64,000 bases of DNA, taken from contig OZ244226.1 of assembly GCA_965217035.1 (NCBI GenBank), forward strand, positions 1,842,146 to 1,906,145, given 5' to 3'. Below, in pieces: positions 39,436-48,846 of the stretch. The notes below the pieces were generated by a model. That model saw only the letters and a program-made list of their open reading frames with translations, did not search any database and had not been told where the DNA came from. Both the position numbers and the translations under genes were made by a program. Numbering within the stretch: position 1 is the first letter of the stretch; each line of letters opens with the position of its first letter. Source of the DNA: Bacteriovoracaceae bacterium. Its GTDB lineage: Bacteria; Bdellovibrionota; Bacteriovoracia; Bacteriovoracales; Bacteriovoracaceae.

Positions 39436-40058
39436 AATCATTTGATGTAGGAACAGAGTTACGTGATAATTATAAATTTCTTATCGGGTCAATACTTCCT
39501 AGACCAATAGCAGTGATTTCAACTTTGAATGAAGATGGCTCTAATAATGTCGCTCCATTCTCTTTTTTTACAGGAGTAAGTGCCGTTCCTATGGTTATTG
39601 GTTTCTCTCCTTTAATCAGAACAAGCACTGGAAAAAAGAAAGATACGGTTATCAATATCGAACGTGAAAAGGAGTTCGTTGTGAACTTCGTGACTGAATC
39701 GAATATGCAAAAAATTAATGATGCTTCTGCAGAACTCGCTTATGGAGAAGATGAGTTTATTCATGCTGGATTGACTCCTCTGGACTCTGAACTGATAAAA
39801 GCGAAAAGAGTAGGTGAATCTCCAATTCATTTTGAATGTAAGCTCAGAGATATTTTAAGTTACGGAGATAATATTGGAGCTGGACGTTTTATCACTGGTG
39901 AAGTTGTGAAGGTTCATGTTGATTCAAAACTCCTTGATGAAGGACGAATTGATACAGACTTGTTTGCTCCTGTTGGTCGCGGAGCTGGGAATGACTGGAT
40001 AAAATGCACTGATAGAATTCAATTAGAGCGGCAAATGAAGGCCCAAATTCAAAAATAA
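39432..40058 (+). CDS. Flavin reductase-like (DIM6/NTAB) FMN-binding protein
   Basis: PRPIA.IST, N.APFSFF, KDT..NI, EFVVN and ESP..FEC; ATGA overlap with hmgA. Confidence 0.88.
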   Translation: MKSFDVGTELRDNYKFLIGSILPRPIAVISTLNEDGSNNVAPFSFFTGVSAVPMVIGFSPLIRTSTGKKKDTVINIEREKEFVVNFVTESNMQKINDASAELAYGEDEFIHAGLTPLDSELIKAKRVGESPIHFECKLRDILSYGDNIGAGRFITGEVVKVHVDSKLLDEGRIDTDLFAPVGRGAGNDWIKCTDRIQLERQMKAQIQK

Positions 40059-40169
40059 GTATTTCAGTCGTAAATTGATAATATTTTCATACTTGGCTCA
40101 AAGTTCTTGGAAATTAAGCTTTCCATGCCATAATGCTTCACGCTAAAGAAAAGTTTTATGGAGGTTTCT

Positions 40170-40538
40170 ATGAAAAAGCTATTAGTGTGTTTGTTTACTC
40201 TTTTCTCAATTGTTTCTTCTCAAGCGGCAGAGGTAAGAGGTGCGAGAATCGATGGCGATAAGCTGCTTGTTGATGTTTCTTATGGCGGTGGATGTGGAGA
40301 GCATCTTTTTGATTTAGAAATTGGAGGCTGTGATGAAAAGATGCCTGTGCAATGTCAGGCGGAGCTTGTTCATGTAACAGATGATGTGTGTGAAAAGAGT
40401 ATTTCTAGGACAGTTGAATTTTCACTTACAGAAAAGGGACTTGATGATAGCTACTTTAGAAATGGTCGTCTGACTATTTCTGGAGACAGAAGTTGGCAAA
40501 CTGGAGAGAGATCTCAAGCAACAGTTATTATTAAGTAA
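40170..40538 (+). CDS. Small secreted Cys-containing protein
   Basis: GGAGG SD, signal peptide, VSYGGGC..H.F.L...D.CE motif. Confidence 0.75.
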   Translation: MKKLLVCLFTLFSIVSSQAAEVRGARIDGDKLLVDVSYGGGCGEHLFDLEIGGCDEKMPVQCQAELVHVTDDVCEKSISRTVEFSLTEKGLDDSYFRNGRLTISGDRSWQTGERSQATVIIK

Positions 40539-40563
40539 AAACTTCATTAAAAATATTTCTCTT

Positions 40564-40595
40564 AAAAGGAGTGCTCTTAGGCACTCCTTTTTTTT
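40564..40595. terminator. Bidirectional intrinsic terminator overlapping the BASS stop codon
   Basis: AAAAGGAGTGC-TCTTAG-GCACTCCTTTT with A and T runs on both sides, between convergent genes. Confidence 0.8.
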
Positions 40596-41422
40596 ATGAT
40601 GGCTAAGTAAGCTCCAGCTGTAAAAAACATCATGACACCGTAAATTCCTGCGACAACAAGATACTCATTATTCATTAGGATAGTCGATGCAATAACCATG
40701 GCCAATGTCGCATTTTGAAAACCACATTCAATAGTTAAAGTTATTTCTTGATTGCGAGGTAGGTTCATTAATCGTGAAGTAATGATTGCAGAGAGCATCG
40801 TGAAAATATTAAGAGCGAGGATTGATGTCCCAACTTGAGGAAAGTATTGAAAGAGAGCTTCACGCTGTTTAATAATCGCTCCAAGAACGAGAGCAATAAA
40901 AAAGAATCCCGCTATCTTTCCAAGTTTAGAGCTATTCTTTGAGGTGAAATTTGGAAACTTCTTTCGAATTAACATGCCTAGGGCGACTGGAATGGTCGTC
41001 ATGAGAAAAATTTTAAAGGCTGCAGAAAAAATTGAGAAATCAGAAGAAGTTTCAGAGGCAAAGTTGTCTATTCCTAGTTTTATAATAAAAGGAACAGTAA
41101 GAATGCCCATAACACTGGCTATTGCCGTAAGAGAAACAGAAAGGGCGGTATCTCCCTTTGCGATATGAGTAAGGTAATTCGAAGTCACGCCTCCCGGGCA
41201 ACAAGAAATAATGATTAAACCAATAGAAAGAAAACTTGGTAGTTCAAAAATAGAAGCAATTCCAAATGCAATGAGAGGAAGGAGTACAACTTGAAGAGTC
41301 ATGCCTATGCTGAAGGCTTTAGGAACTTTAAAAACATTTCTAAAATCTTTCAAGGTTAATTCTAAACCCATTGTGAACATAATAAAGAAAAGAATAAGAG
41401 GAAGAAGGATTTGAATAATCAT
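40577..41422 (-). CDS. Bile acid:sodium symporter (BASS) family transporter
   Basis: IMFTMGL.LT..DF, CPGG.TSN, KGD.ALSVSLT and IECGFQN. Confidence 0.92.
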   Translation of the reverse strand: MIIQILLPLILFFIMFTMGLELTLKDFRNVFKVPKAFSIGMTLQVVLLPLIAFGIASIFELPSFLSIGLIIISCCPGGVTSNYLTHIAKGDTALSVSLTAIASVMGILTVPFIIKLGIDNFASETSSDFSIFSAAFKIFLMTTIPVALGMLIRKKFPNFTSKNSSKLGKIAGFFFIALVLGAIIKQREALFQYFPQVGTSILALNIFTMLSAIITSRLMNLPRNQEITLTIECGFQNATLAMVIASTILMNNEYLVVAGIYGVMMFFTAGAYLAIIKKRSA

Positions 41423-41808
41423 TTTAAAAGTTTTTTAAGTTTATCTTTCTCATTATCAGGAATAACTTCAGATTGGTTTTTTGAATAATTAAAATGAACC
41501 ATGACGACTGTGCCGTGCGCGACTTTTTGATCTCTTTGGTAGAGCTCGTGCTCAACGATCATAGATGAGTTCCCAATTTTCGAAAGATAAGTTTTCACAG
41601 TGACTGAATCTTGGAAGTGAATTTGCTTGAGATACTCGATTGTATTTTTGACTAAAATGAGTCGCCACTTCTGTGGATCAAGATCGGGGGTGAAAATTTT
41701 AAAGATTGGTTTTCTTGCCTGCTCGAACCACTCAAGAGGAATAGTATTATTTATGTGACCAAGAGCATCTGTTTCACAGAATCGAGGTTCTATTTTTAAT
41801 TCTACCAT
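41419..41808 (-). CDS. Acyl-CoA thioesterase (hotdog fold, 4HBT/YbgC-like)
   Basis: PRFCETDALGHINN...WFEQAR and IGNSS. Confidence 0.9.
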   Translation of the reverse strand: MVELKIEPRFCETDALGHINNTIPLEWFEQARKPIFKIFTPDLDPQKWRLILVKNTIEYLKQIHFQDSVTVKTYLSKIGNSSMIVEHELYQRDQKVAHGTVVMVHFNYSKNQSEVIPDNEKDKLKKLLK

Positions 41809-41830
41809 AGATCTATTATAGAATTTGAAA

Positions 41831-42310
41831 TCAGTTATTCAATTGAAAGTTGAAATCAAGATCGAGACTCGTGGCGATAGCTTCTCTATCTTCCTTAGTA
41901 GGAATAAAGTCAGCTGCATAGACTGCTTGAAGAGCAGCTTGATCAAGTCGATCAAATCCACTACTTCTTTTGATTTTAGCCTCAGTCACTTGGCCTGATT
42001 TTGATATTTGCGCATTGATTGTGACTAATCCTTGTTCTTTATAGATACGAGAAAGATCTGGATAGATCGGAGATATTTCAGATTTCGGTCGTGCTGGCTG
42101 AATTATCCCTGAAGGAGAGGATGCATTCTTTGCTTTATTTCCTCGAGATTTTTTAACGTTATTTTTTTGAGGCTTCAAAGATGTTTCAGAGTATTTAAAT
42201 TGTACTTTATATTCAGAGTCTTTTGATTGTCCCGATTCCGAGGAGTAAAAAATTAAAGAGTGAAGAGCAAGAACAAGAATAAAGCTAAAAAGTAGTTTGA
42301 ATCCACCCAT
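41831..42310 (-). CDS. tonB: Short TonB energy transducer
   Basis: TM anchor with LALH, then PIYP...GLV, SSGF.RLD.AAL.AV, F.P and F.L. ATG 42310 overlaps the receptor 3' end. Confidence 0.8.
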   Translation of the reverse strand: MGGFKLLFSFILVLALHSLIFYSSESGQSKDSEYKVQFKYSETSLKPQKNNVKKSRGNKAKNASSPSGIIQPARPKSEISPIYPDLSRIYKEQGLVTINAQISKSGQVTEAKIKRSSGFDRLDQAALQAVYAADFIPTKEDREAIATSLDLDFNFQLNN

Positions 42311-44075
42311 AAACTGAAAGTCCCCTTGTTCCAAAGTTCAAAGTATCTTCATAGTCTTTATTTAATAAATTATGAATTTGTAGAGAGTAGTCAATTTTAT
42401 TTTTTGAATAAGTGATTAAGGAGCCAATAAGAGCGTAGGAAGGAAGTTCGATAGAGCTACTGAGACGTTTTCCGACATAGAGTGATGTAAGTTCTATTAT
42501 TAAATTATCTGAAATAGATCTTCCGAGTGCAAGATTAGCCTTTTCTCTTGGTATATTAGAAGCCCTAGTGTCAGTTGATTCATTATCAACATCTGTATAG
42601 GTATAGTTCCCTCTAAAGGATAGAGGTGCGTTTCTTGTTGATAAGTTTAGTTCAACTCCACTGGTTTGAGTTCGTTCAATATTAAAGTAGCGAGATGTCC
42701 CTGTATCAAATCCAATAAAGTTTTTTAAAGAATTATTGAAATAAGTTAAAGAAACTTTCATTCTGCTTAAAAATGAATCAATTCCAACTTCATAAGTATG
42801 AACTCTTACAGGTTGTAAGTCTGCGTTGCCATTATTTACTGACCTTAATTGATAGAGCGTAGGAGAGCGGAAGCTATGACCATAACTTGTTCGAACTTTA
42901 AAAAAACTATTTATAGGAAACAAGAAAGCTTGCTTATAACTATTAACTCCTCCAAAGAGTTGATGATCAAGAAAACGATAGCTTGTTTCGGAGTTAAAAA
43001 GCCTGTAGTTATACATTAATGTGGCATAAGAACTAAAGTTTTCTACTGAGATCTCATTGAAATTATCGAATGACCCGACTGCGCTTGCTTCTCTGTACTC
43101 ATAGTCAAATCCAAAAAGAATATTAAAGCTCGGATTAAAAATATAAGTATTATAAAAATCAATTTTTTTACTTATTGACTCATACTCAGCATCGCTCGGA
43201 ACTTCTGCAAATCTCTTTGTTTCAGATTGGCTCAAGAGAATTTTATACAGCCAACGATCGGATTGGGTTCTACTCTGGTATTTCAATGAAAAACGAGTAT
43301 TGTCGAAATCTGATTGATCGTTATTTCTTTGATCTGAACTAAAACCATCGATTTCTGATTCTGTTTTTGTAAGAAAGAAAGAAGTTTCTAAAAATGATTT
43401 TTTATTAAACTGATATCTTAAGGAGGGATTGACCTGAATGACTTGAAATGAATCTCTTTCTGCTTCAAATACTTTATTTTTATTAAAACTTGATATTCCT
43501 TCTGTCTCTTTATAGTTTCCTGATAGCGAGTAGCTGATATTTTTATTTTTCCTCGAAATTGATGCCGAGAGGAACTTTGTTGCATCTGAGCCTCCTCCAA
43601 CTTTAAGAGTAGGGGCTTTATCTTTTTTTGTATTAATTTTTATAACGCCTGCAACGCTGTCTGTTCCATAAAGTGCAGTACTCGCTCCATTGACAACTTC
43701 GATGGATTCTATTTGATCAAGAGTTAGCATTTGGAGTTGATAGGTCGACTCAATATCAGAAGGATCATCAATTTCGATATCATCAATAATGATTTTAGTA
43801 AATCCGGTTAGACCACGATGTTTAATCGTTTGAACTCCTCCATAAGCGCCCTTGGTATTAAAGTAGATTCCTGATTCTTCCTGAAGAAAGCTTGATAATG
43901 ATGTTGATCCATATTTTTTAATTTCGTTTTGAGTAAAAATCTGCACTGAATTTACAGCTTGGTCGACTGGAGTATAGATTTTTGTCGCTGTCACAAGGTA
44001 AGGCTCGGCTAAAGCAAGACTGCAGCTTAAAACGATTAAGGGAATGGACTTGGAAAGCATGATGAAATTTAGCAT
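42285..44075 (-). CDS. TonB-dependent receptor (BtuB-like size)
   Basis: VTATK, plug motifs RG...IIID and IESIEVV.G...LYG...GVI.I.TK, FRSPTLYQL, NL.PV, NLLNK.Y, C-terminal F. Confidence 0.9.
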   Translation of the reverse strand: MLNFIMLSKSIPLIVLSCSLALAEPYLVTATKIYTPVDQAVNSVQIFTQNEIKKYGSTSLSSFLQEESGIYFNTKGAYGGVQTIKHRGLTGFTKIIIDDIEIDDPSDIESTYQLQMLTLDQIESIEVVNGASTALYGTDSVAGVIKINTKKDKAPTLKVGGGSDATKFLSASISRKNKNISYSLSGNYKETEGISSFNKNKVFEAERDSFQVIQVNPSLRYQFNKKSFLETSFFLTKTESEIDGFSSDQRNNDQSDFDNTRFSLKYQSRTQSDRWLYKILLSQSETKRFAEVPSDAEYESISKKIDFYNTYIFNPSFNILFGFDYEYREASAVGSFDNFNEISVENFSSYATLMYNYRLFNSETSYRFLDHQLFGGVNSYKQAFLFPINSFFKVRTSYGHSFRSPTLYQLRSVNNGNADLQPVRVHTYEVGIDSFLSRMKVSLTYFNNSLKNFIGFDTGTSRYFNIERTQTSGVELNLSTRNAPLSFRGNYTYTDVDNESTDTRASNIPREKANLALGRSISDNLIIELTSLYVGKRLSSSIELPSYALIGSLITYSKNKIDYSLQIHNLLNKDYEDTLNFGTRGLSVYGWIQTTF

Positions 44076-44276
44076 ACTCCATTAAGTTCTGCCCACTATA
44101 AATGCCATTTCTTAAATATTTTGGAAGTTCAATGAGGAGGTTCATTTTGTAGGGTTATTTCTTAAGCTGCTGAATTTACTTAAAATATTCTAAAAAGCTT
44201 TGAAGAAGAATAGGGCCTTGGTTGTTCCATTATAGACTTATAAAACATTTAGGATTTTTTGAGAGGGGGACAGGCG

Positions 44277-44795
44277 ATGGCAATCCGCAAGCAAAGAGAA
44301 AGAAGTTTTAGAAAATCCAAACTCATGGAACAATTTCAACAAATATCTACCGAAACACAAGCTCAACATGAATTTTATAAAGATCGATACCAGTTTAAGG
44401 TTTTGCTCTTAGAAGATGATTTAAGCCTAGGTCGAGAATTAGCGAAACGTTTAGAAAATATCAGAAATTGTAGAGTTTTTGTGTGTCAAAGTGAGTTCTC
44501 TGCTCTCAAACTTCTAAAGCAGGAAAAGATCGATCTTGTAGTCTCTGATGTAGAGCTTCAAAATTTCAACGGTTTTGATTTTGGTGAATCGATACGGATG
44601 CTTATGAAGGAAGAAATTCCTTTGATCTATTTTAGCAAAGATAATGAAAAACAGATCGACTATTATATGAATGAACAATCAAAGTCTTCTTTTGTGTTTA
44701 ATGCATTTGAAGGTAATGAATTCCAAGAGAAGTTTTTAGAAATGTTAGATGATATTGCTAGTTTGAGCCATGAAGTAGAGATGGAGACTGCTTAA
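44277..44795 (+). CDS. Stand-alone response regulator receiver protein (atypical)
   Basis: LLLEDD, DLVVSD...NGFD and PLIYFS; the conserved Lys (KP) is absent. Confidence 0.75.
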   Translation: MAIRKQRERSFRKSKLMEQFQQISTETQAQHEFYKDRYQFKVLLLEDDLSLGRELAKRLENIRNCRVFVCQSEFSALKLLKQEKIDLVVSDVELQNFNGFDFGESIRMLMKEEIPLIYFSKDNEKQIDYYMNEQSKSSFVFNAFEGNEFQEKFLEMLDDIASLSHEVEMETA

Positions 44796-44952
44796 AACTA
44801 ACATTTTTAAGTGTTTTTCTATCATTTTGATGTTGCGTTTCCGACATTCAGAGCCTTTCTGGCACCTTTGAATCTTTTCTTTATAATTTCATTGAATTCT
44901 TAATCTCTGTCCTTAAACTAGGATTAATCGACAGATTTATGGAGATAAGTAT

Positions 44953-46791
44953 ATGAAAAAAGAATTAACGATTAGTTCAATTGTGCTCGGGGTTCTTATA
45001 GGAATTCTCATGACGATGGCAAATGTTTATCTTGGGCTCTATGCCGGGATGACTGTTTCTGCTTCTATTCCAGCTGCTGTTTTGGCAATGGGTGTTTACA
45101 GTATCCTAAAAAAGAAGGCCTTGCTTCAAAGTAATATTGTCCAGACGATGGCATCTGCTGGAGAGTCTTTAGCAGCTGGTATTATTTTCACTCTTCCCGC
45201 TTTAGTGCTTGTTGGAGCTTGGCAAGACTTTCAATTTTGGCCAACAAGCTTAATTGCGATTGCTGGTGGACTTCTTGGTGTTCTCTTTATGATCCCATTA
45301 AGAAAAGCTCTTATTGAAGATGAAGAAGAATTAATTTATCCAGAAGGAGTTGCTTGTGCAGCCGTTTTAAATGCTGGAGCAAGTGAGAGTTCACAAGGAT
45401 TTAAAACAATTATTAAAGGACTCTTTATTGGTGGCGCTTTTAAATTTCTTGCAAGTGGCCTGAAACTTTTCGTTGGAAGCGTTGAAGCTGCAACCAAGAT
45501 GGGAAAATCTGTCTTATTTTTTGGAGGAGACGCTTCACCTGCACTTCTTGCTGTTGGGTATATCGTCAATCTTAATATTGCAGTACTTGTTTTCATTGGT
45601 GGTTCAATTGGATGGTTAATTGCTATGCCCATGATGGGGACACCTGATATGTGGGCTGATATGGAAACTCTAGATCTAGCATGGACATTATGGTCGAAAG
45701 AAGTTCGTTATCTTGGTGTTGGGGCAATGATCACAGGTGGTGTTTGGTCAATCTTTTCAGTAAGAAGAGGAATTTCTTCTGGAGTTTCGGCCCTTATGGG
45801 GAAATACTCATCGGGAGACAAAGCAAAACCAGAGCAAAAAGATGTCAGTATTGCTCTTATTGGACTTGTCTTTATGACTTGTTTTTTCATCATGCTTTTT
45901 CTCTACAATAATTTAATTGGATCATTCGGACTTTCACTTTTAACAACTGTTATCATGATTATTGCATCATTTCTTTTTGTTGCAGTTTCAAGTTATATTG
46001 TTGGTCTTGTAGGAAGTTCAAATAATCCTGTTTCAGGAATGACAATCTCTGCTCTTTTGGCAACGGCAATTCTCTTCTTATTGTTTGGTTTTAAAGGAGA
46101 TTCAGCTATTTTAGCAACTTTGGGTGTTGCAGCCGTTGTTTGTTGTGCTGCCTGTACCGCAGGAGATTGTTCGCAGGATTTAAAAACAGGGAGCTTGCTA
46201 AAAGCGACTCCTCGCTCTCAGCAGATTGCTCAAATGATTGGTGTTGTTATCCCTGCTTTTTTTATTCCTTGGACATTAAGTCTTCTTCATTCTGCTTATG
46301 GAATAGGGGAAGGTTTAAAGGCTCCTCAAGCAACTCTCTTCGCATCTATTACTAATGCTCTTTTTGGAACAGGAACTATCCCTTATGATATGGTTGGATA
46401 CGGAGTGGGACTCGGTATTGCTGTTCTTATTATTGATAATGTTTTTCTTAAAGGAAAAAGTTTTAGACTTCACCTAATGCCATTAGCTGTTGGAATCTAT
46501 CTTCCAATTACTTTGGCGGTACCAATGTTAGTTGGTGGACTTATTCGTTTTTATGTAGAGAAATCTCGAACAAAAGAAGTGAGCGAAGGAGAAGACCAAG
46601 GAGTTCTTCTGAGTTCAGGGCTTATTGCCGGTGAGGCGCTCATGGGAGTCTTGGTTGCGGTTTTATTAGTGACGGGTATAAAGGTTGATTTTGCAGCAGG
46701 TGTTAATGTGATGACTAAGGAAGTTCTTTCAACCTTAGCCTTTGTGATCGTTGCGATCTTTTTACATAAAGTTTCTAAGAAATCTAGTTAG
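44953..46791 (+). CDS. OPT-family oligopeptide transporter
   Basis: YLGL.AG.TVSASIPAAV, YPEG.ACA, GSSNNPVSG, QDLKTG, APQA and GLIAGE. Confidence 0.93.
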   Translation: MKKELTISSIVLGVLIGILMTMANVYLGLYAGMTVSASIPAAVLAMGVYSILKKKALLQSNIVQTMASAGESLAAGIIFTLPALVLVGAWQDFQFWPTSLIAIAGGLLGVLFMIPLRKALIEDEEELIYPEGVACAAVLNAGASESSQGFKTIIKGLFIGGAFKFLASGLKLFVGSVEAATKMGKSVLFFGGDASPALLAVGYIVNLNIAVLVFIGGSIGWLIAMPMMGTPDMWADMETLDLAWTLWSKEVRYLGVGAMITGGVWSIFSVRRGISSGVSALMGKYSSGDKAKPEQKDVSIALIGLVFMTCFFIMLFLYNNLIGSFGLSLLTTVIMIIASFLFVAVSSYIVGLVGSSNNPVSGMTISALLATAILFLLFGFKGDSAILATLGVAAVVCCAACTAGDCSQDLKTGSLLKATPRSQQIAQMIGVVIPAFFIPWTLSLLHSAYGIGEGLKAPQATLFASITNALFGTGTIPYDMVGYGVGLGIAVLIIDNVFLKGKSFRLHLMPLAVGIYLPITLAVPMLVGGLIRFYVEKSRTKEVSEGEDQGVLLSSGLIAGEALMGVLVAVLLVTGIKVDFAAGVNVMTKEVLSTLAFVIVAIFLHKVSKKSS

Positions 46792-47602
46792 TACAATCTC
46801 TCTCTGGTTTGGGGAGTTCGAAGTAAAGAATTCCCCTCCGGAGTACTCCGTTTTCATTCTTCGTCATCTCACCCATAAATTGATAAACATACTCTTTATT
46901 TAAAACATCTATTTTAGCATCTACGATATTTCCAGAGAATTGAACTTTTTGATTCTTTATTATTTTTTCATAGAAACTAAAGTTTATCGTAGGGTCGGTA
47001 TAGTTAAAGTCAAAGATTTCTCCTCGTTCTGTGGAGTAGCTAATCTTTTTATTTCCGAGAATGGGAATTGATATGTTTTGATTCTGGAGGTTAATATAGG
47101 GAAGAAACAAACTATCAGGATGATCTAGATGAGTTTCTAACCATTCTCCTTTAACTTTAAAGTTATTTAAACGATTTTTTAATGAATCTATAAGAATTGC
47201 GATTTCAATAATATCCATCTCTATCTCATCGAGATGATCTCTCATATTCTCACAAGACGAAATATTGTTGGTATCTGGAATTTCTCCCTCGTCGCAAAGG
47301 TCTTCGAGAACACAGTCGCAAGAAGCTCTTTCATAGCGACATTTTATTGCTAGTTTCTTTTTAAAATAATTATTTTTCTTTGAACTTATTTTAAGGCTAT
47401 CTTCAATTATATTTTGAACGATCGGGCTTTCTTTTTTTTCAATAGTTTTAGGCCAGAAAAAAGCAACAAAGAGATCAAGATTACCTTCTATATTTTTTTG
47501 CAAAAATTGACGGACTTCTGTGGAGCGACCTTTTTCGATGAAGCGTCCTTTTTTCTCTTCAGAGCATGAAAGAATGAGAATGAAAATTAGTAGCATTTTC
47601 AT
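46784..47602 (-). CDS. Hypothetical lipoprotein
   Basis: Lipobox ILSC; Cys-rich central segment; ATGA-coupled to the upstream gene. Confidence 0.75.
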   Translation of the reverse strand: MKMLLIFILILSCSEEKKGRFIEKGRSTEVRQFLQKNIEGNLDLFVAFFWPKTIEKKESPIVQNIIEDSLKISSKKNNYFKKKLAIKCRYERASCDCVLEDLCDEGEIPDTNNISSCENMRDHLDEIEMDIIEIAILIDSLKNRLNNFKVKGEWLETHLDHPDSLFLPYINLQNQNISIPILGNKKISYSTERGEIFDFNYTDPTINFSFYEKIIKNQKVQFSGNIVDAKIDVLNKEYVYQFMGEMTKNENGVLRRGILYFELPKPERDCTN

Positions 47603-48846
47603 CGATAAAAACTCAGTAAAGTTAAGGCGATTTCATTATTATATAGAGAGTTTTGCCCTCCGACACTACGTGAATAAGTCAAAGAAAGATTCATTGGAAT
47701 CATAAATTTTTGTTTTAAAAACATATCAATTGAGTTGAATCCGATACCAGCATAAAGAGCATGAACTTTTTGACGAGTATCATTTTCAAGAAACTTATAG
47801 CGAATTGGATCAAAAGAACTTCCATTAATTTGGTCTTGCTCTTTATATTGAAAAACATATCCTAGGCTGGTGTTAAACTCTGTATTGAATTTATAATTGA
47901 GTTGATTTTGAACTCTAATAATGTCTCCATATTTTTGTTTAGTATTGAAGTCAATATCAGGAGAGATAGGTTTGTTATCCTCTCTTGGGATTCTCAAAGC
48001 TCCTCGCTTATGTGACTGGTAAGTATAGCTGGCAGAAACGAAGTAATTCAAATTTGGAGTCAGTTGAAAACCATTTAAGGTTTCAATTCCTATATCCCAC
48101 TGACCATCGCCAATATAGAGGTCCATAAATTGATTGATGTTATTTTCTTTCCCAGTAGGGAGAACGGCAAAGATTCCAAGAGTGTTTATCATGGAATCAG
48201 TTTTATTATAGTTGAATCTGGTAAGAAGCCTCAGGTCGCCTAGGGCTTGTGTTTCTCTTGGGTAAAGAGGTTCATAGCCATAGTCTTGTAATTGAAAACG
48301 AATAGGATTGCTAAGTTTATCTTCGATCTCTTGAACTTGTGAAAAATTACCATCCTTTTTTAGTGTTTGAATAAGCTGGTCAAATTGCGTTGATCTTTGA
48401 AAACTATTGGTGAAATTGACTCTTAATTTCACGATAGGAAGGATTGCCATGAAAGAGAGGTCTTTATTGATTCCATATCCTAAAAATAAAGATGAAACTT
48501 GAGATTCAATTTCTAAATCCCCAAAACTTTCACCTGCGAAGCTTTCAAGGTCATTAATTCCATAGGCCTTCATGGCTCCAGCCGTTAAAGCTTGTCGATT
48601 CAAATCTCTCTCTTGATCAATGATCTGGTTAAAGGAATAGCGTTCATTTAAAGTTGAAGCAAGAGAACTTTTTCGGCCATTAGTGCTGAATTCATTCAAG
48701 AATCGACTTTGACTATAATGGACGCCAAATGAAAATACTTTTTCAGGAAAAACGTCGGCAGAGTCAACCATAACATTATTAATAATGTCTTTGGAAGTAG
48801 CTGAGAATGGCATCAGTCCGATAAGGATTTTAACAATTAAATTCAT
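47599..48846 (-). CDS. Outer-membrane beta-barrel, COG4313/SphA (Phenol_MetA_deg)-like
   Basis: LGDLRL...LPTGK...GDGQWD motif, amphipathic strands, aromatic residues near the C-terminus. Confidence 0.6.
   Translation of the reverse strand: MNLIVKILIGLMPFSATSKDIINNVMVDSADVFPEKVFSFGVHYSQSRFLNEFSTNGRKSSLASTLNERYSFNQIIDQERDLNRQALTAGAMKAYGINDLESFAGESFGDLEIESQVSSLFLGYGINKDLSFMAILPIVKLRVNFTNSFQRSTQFDQLIQTLKKDGNFSQVQEIEDKLSNPIRFQLQDYGYEPLYPRETQALGDLRLLTRFNYNKTDSMINTLGIFAVLPTGKENNINQFMDLYIGDGQWDIGIETLNGFQLTPNLNYFVSASYTYQSHKRGALRIPREDNKPISPDIDFNTKQKYGDIIRVQNQLNYKFNTEFNTSLGYVFQYKEQDQINGSSFDPIRYKFLENDTRQKVHALYAGIGFNSIDMFLKQKFMIPMNLSLTYSRSVGGQNSLYNNEIALTLLSFYR

Noticed and set aside
44076..44258. Cobalamin riboswitch upstream of the BtuB-like receptor
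   Set aside because: No B12-box or GGGAA/GCCACTG-type conserved elements on the minus strand; the region is AT-rich and unstructured, so the receptor substrate is left unassigned.
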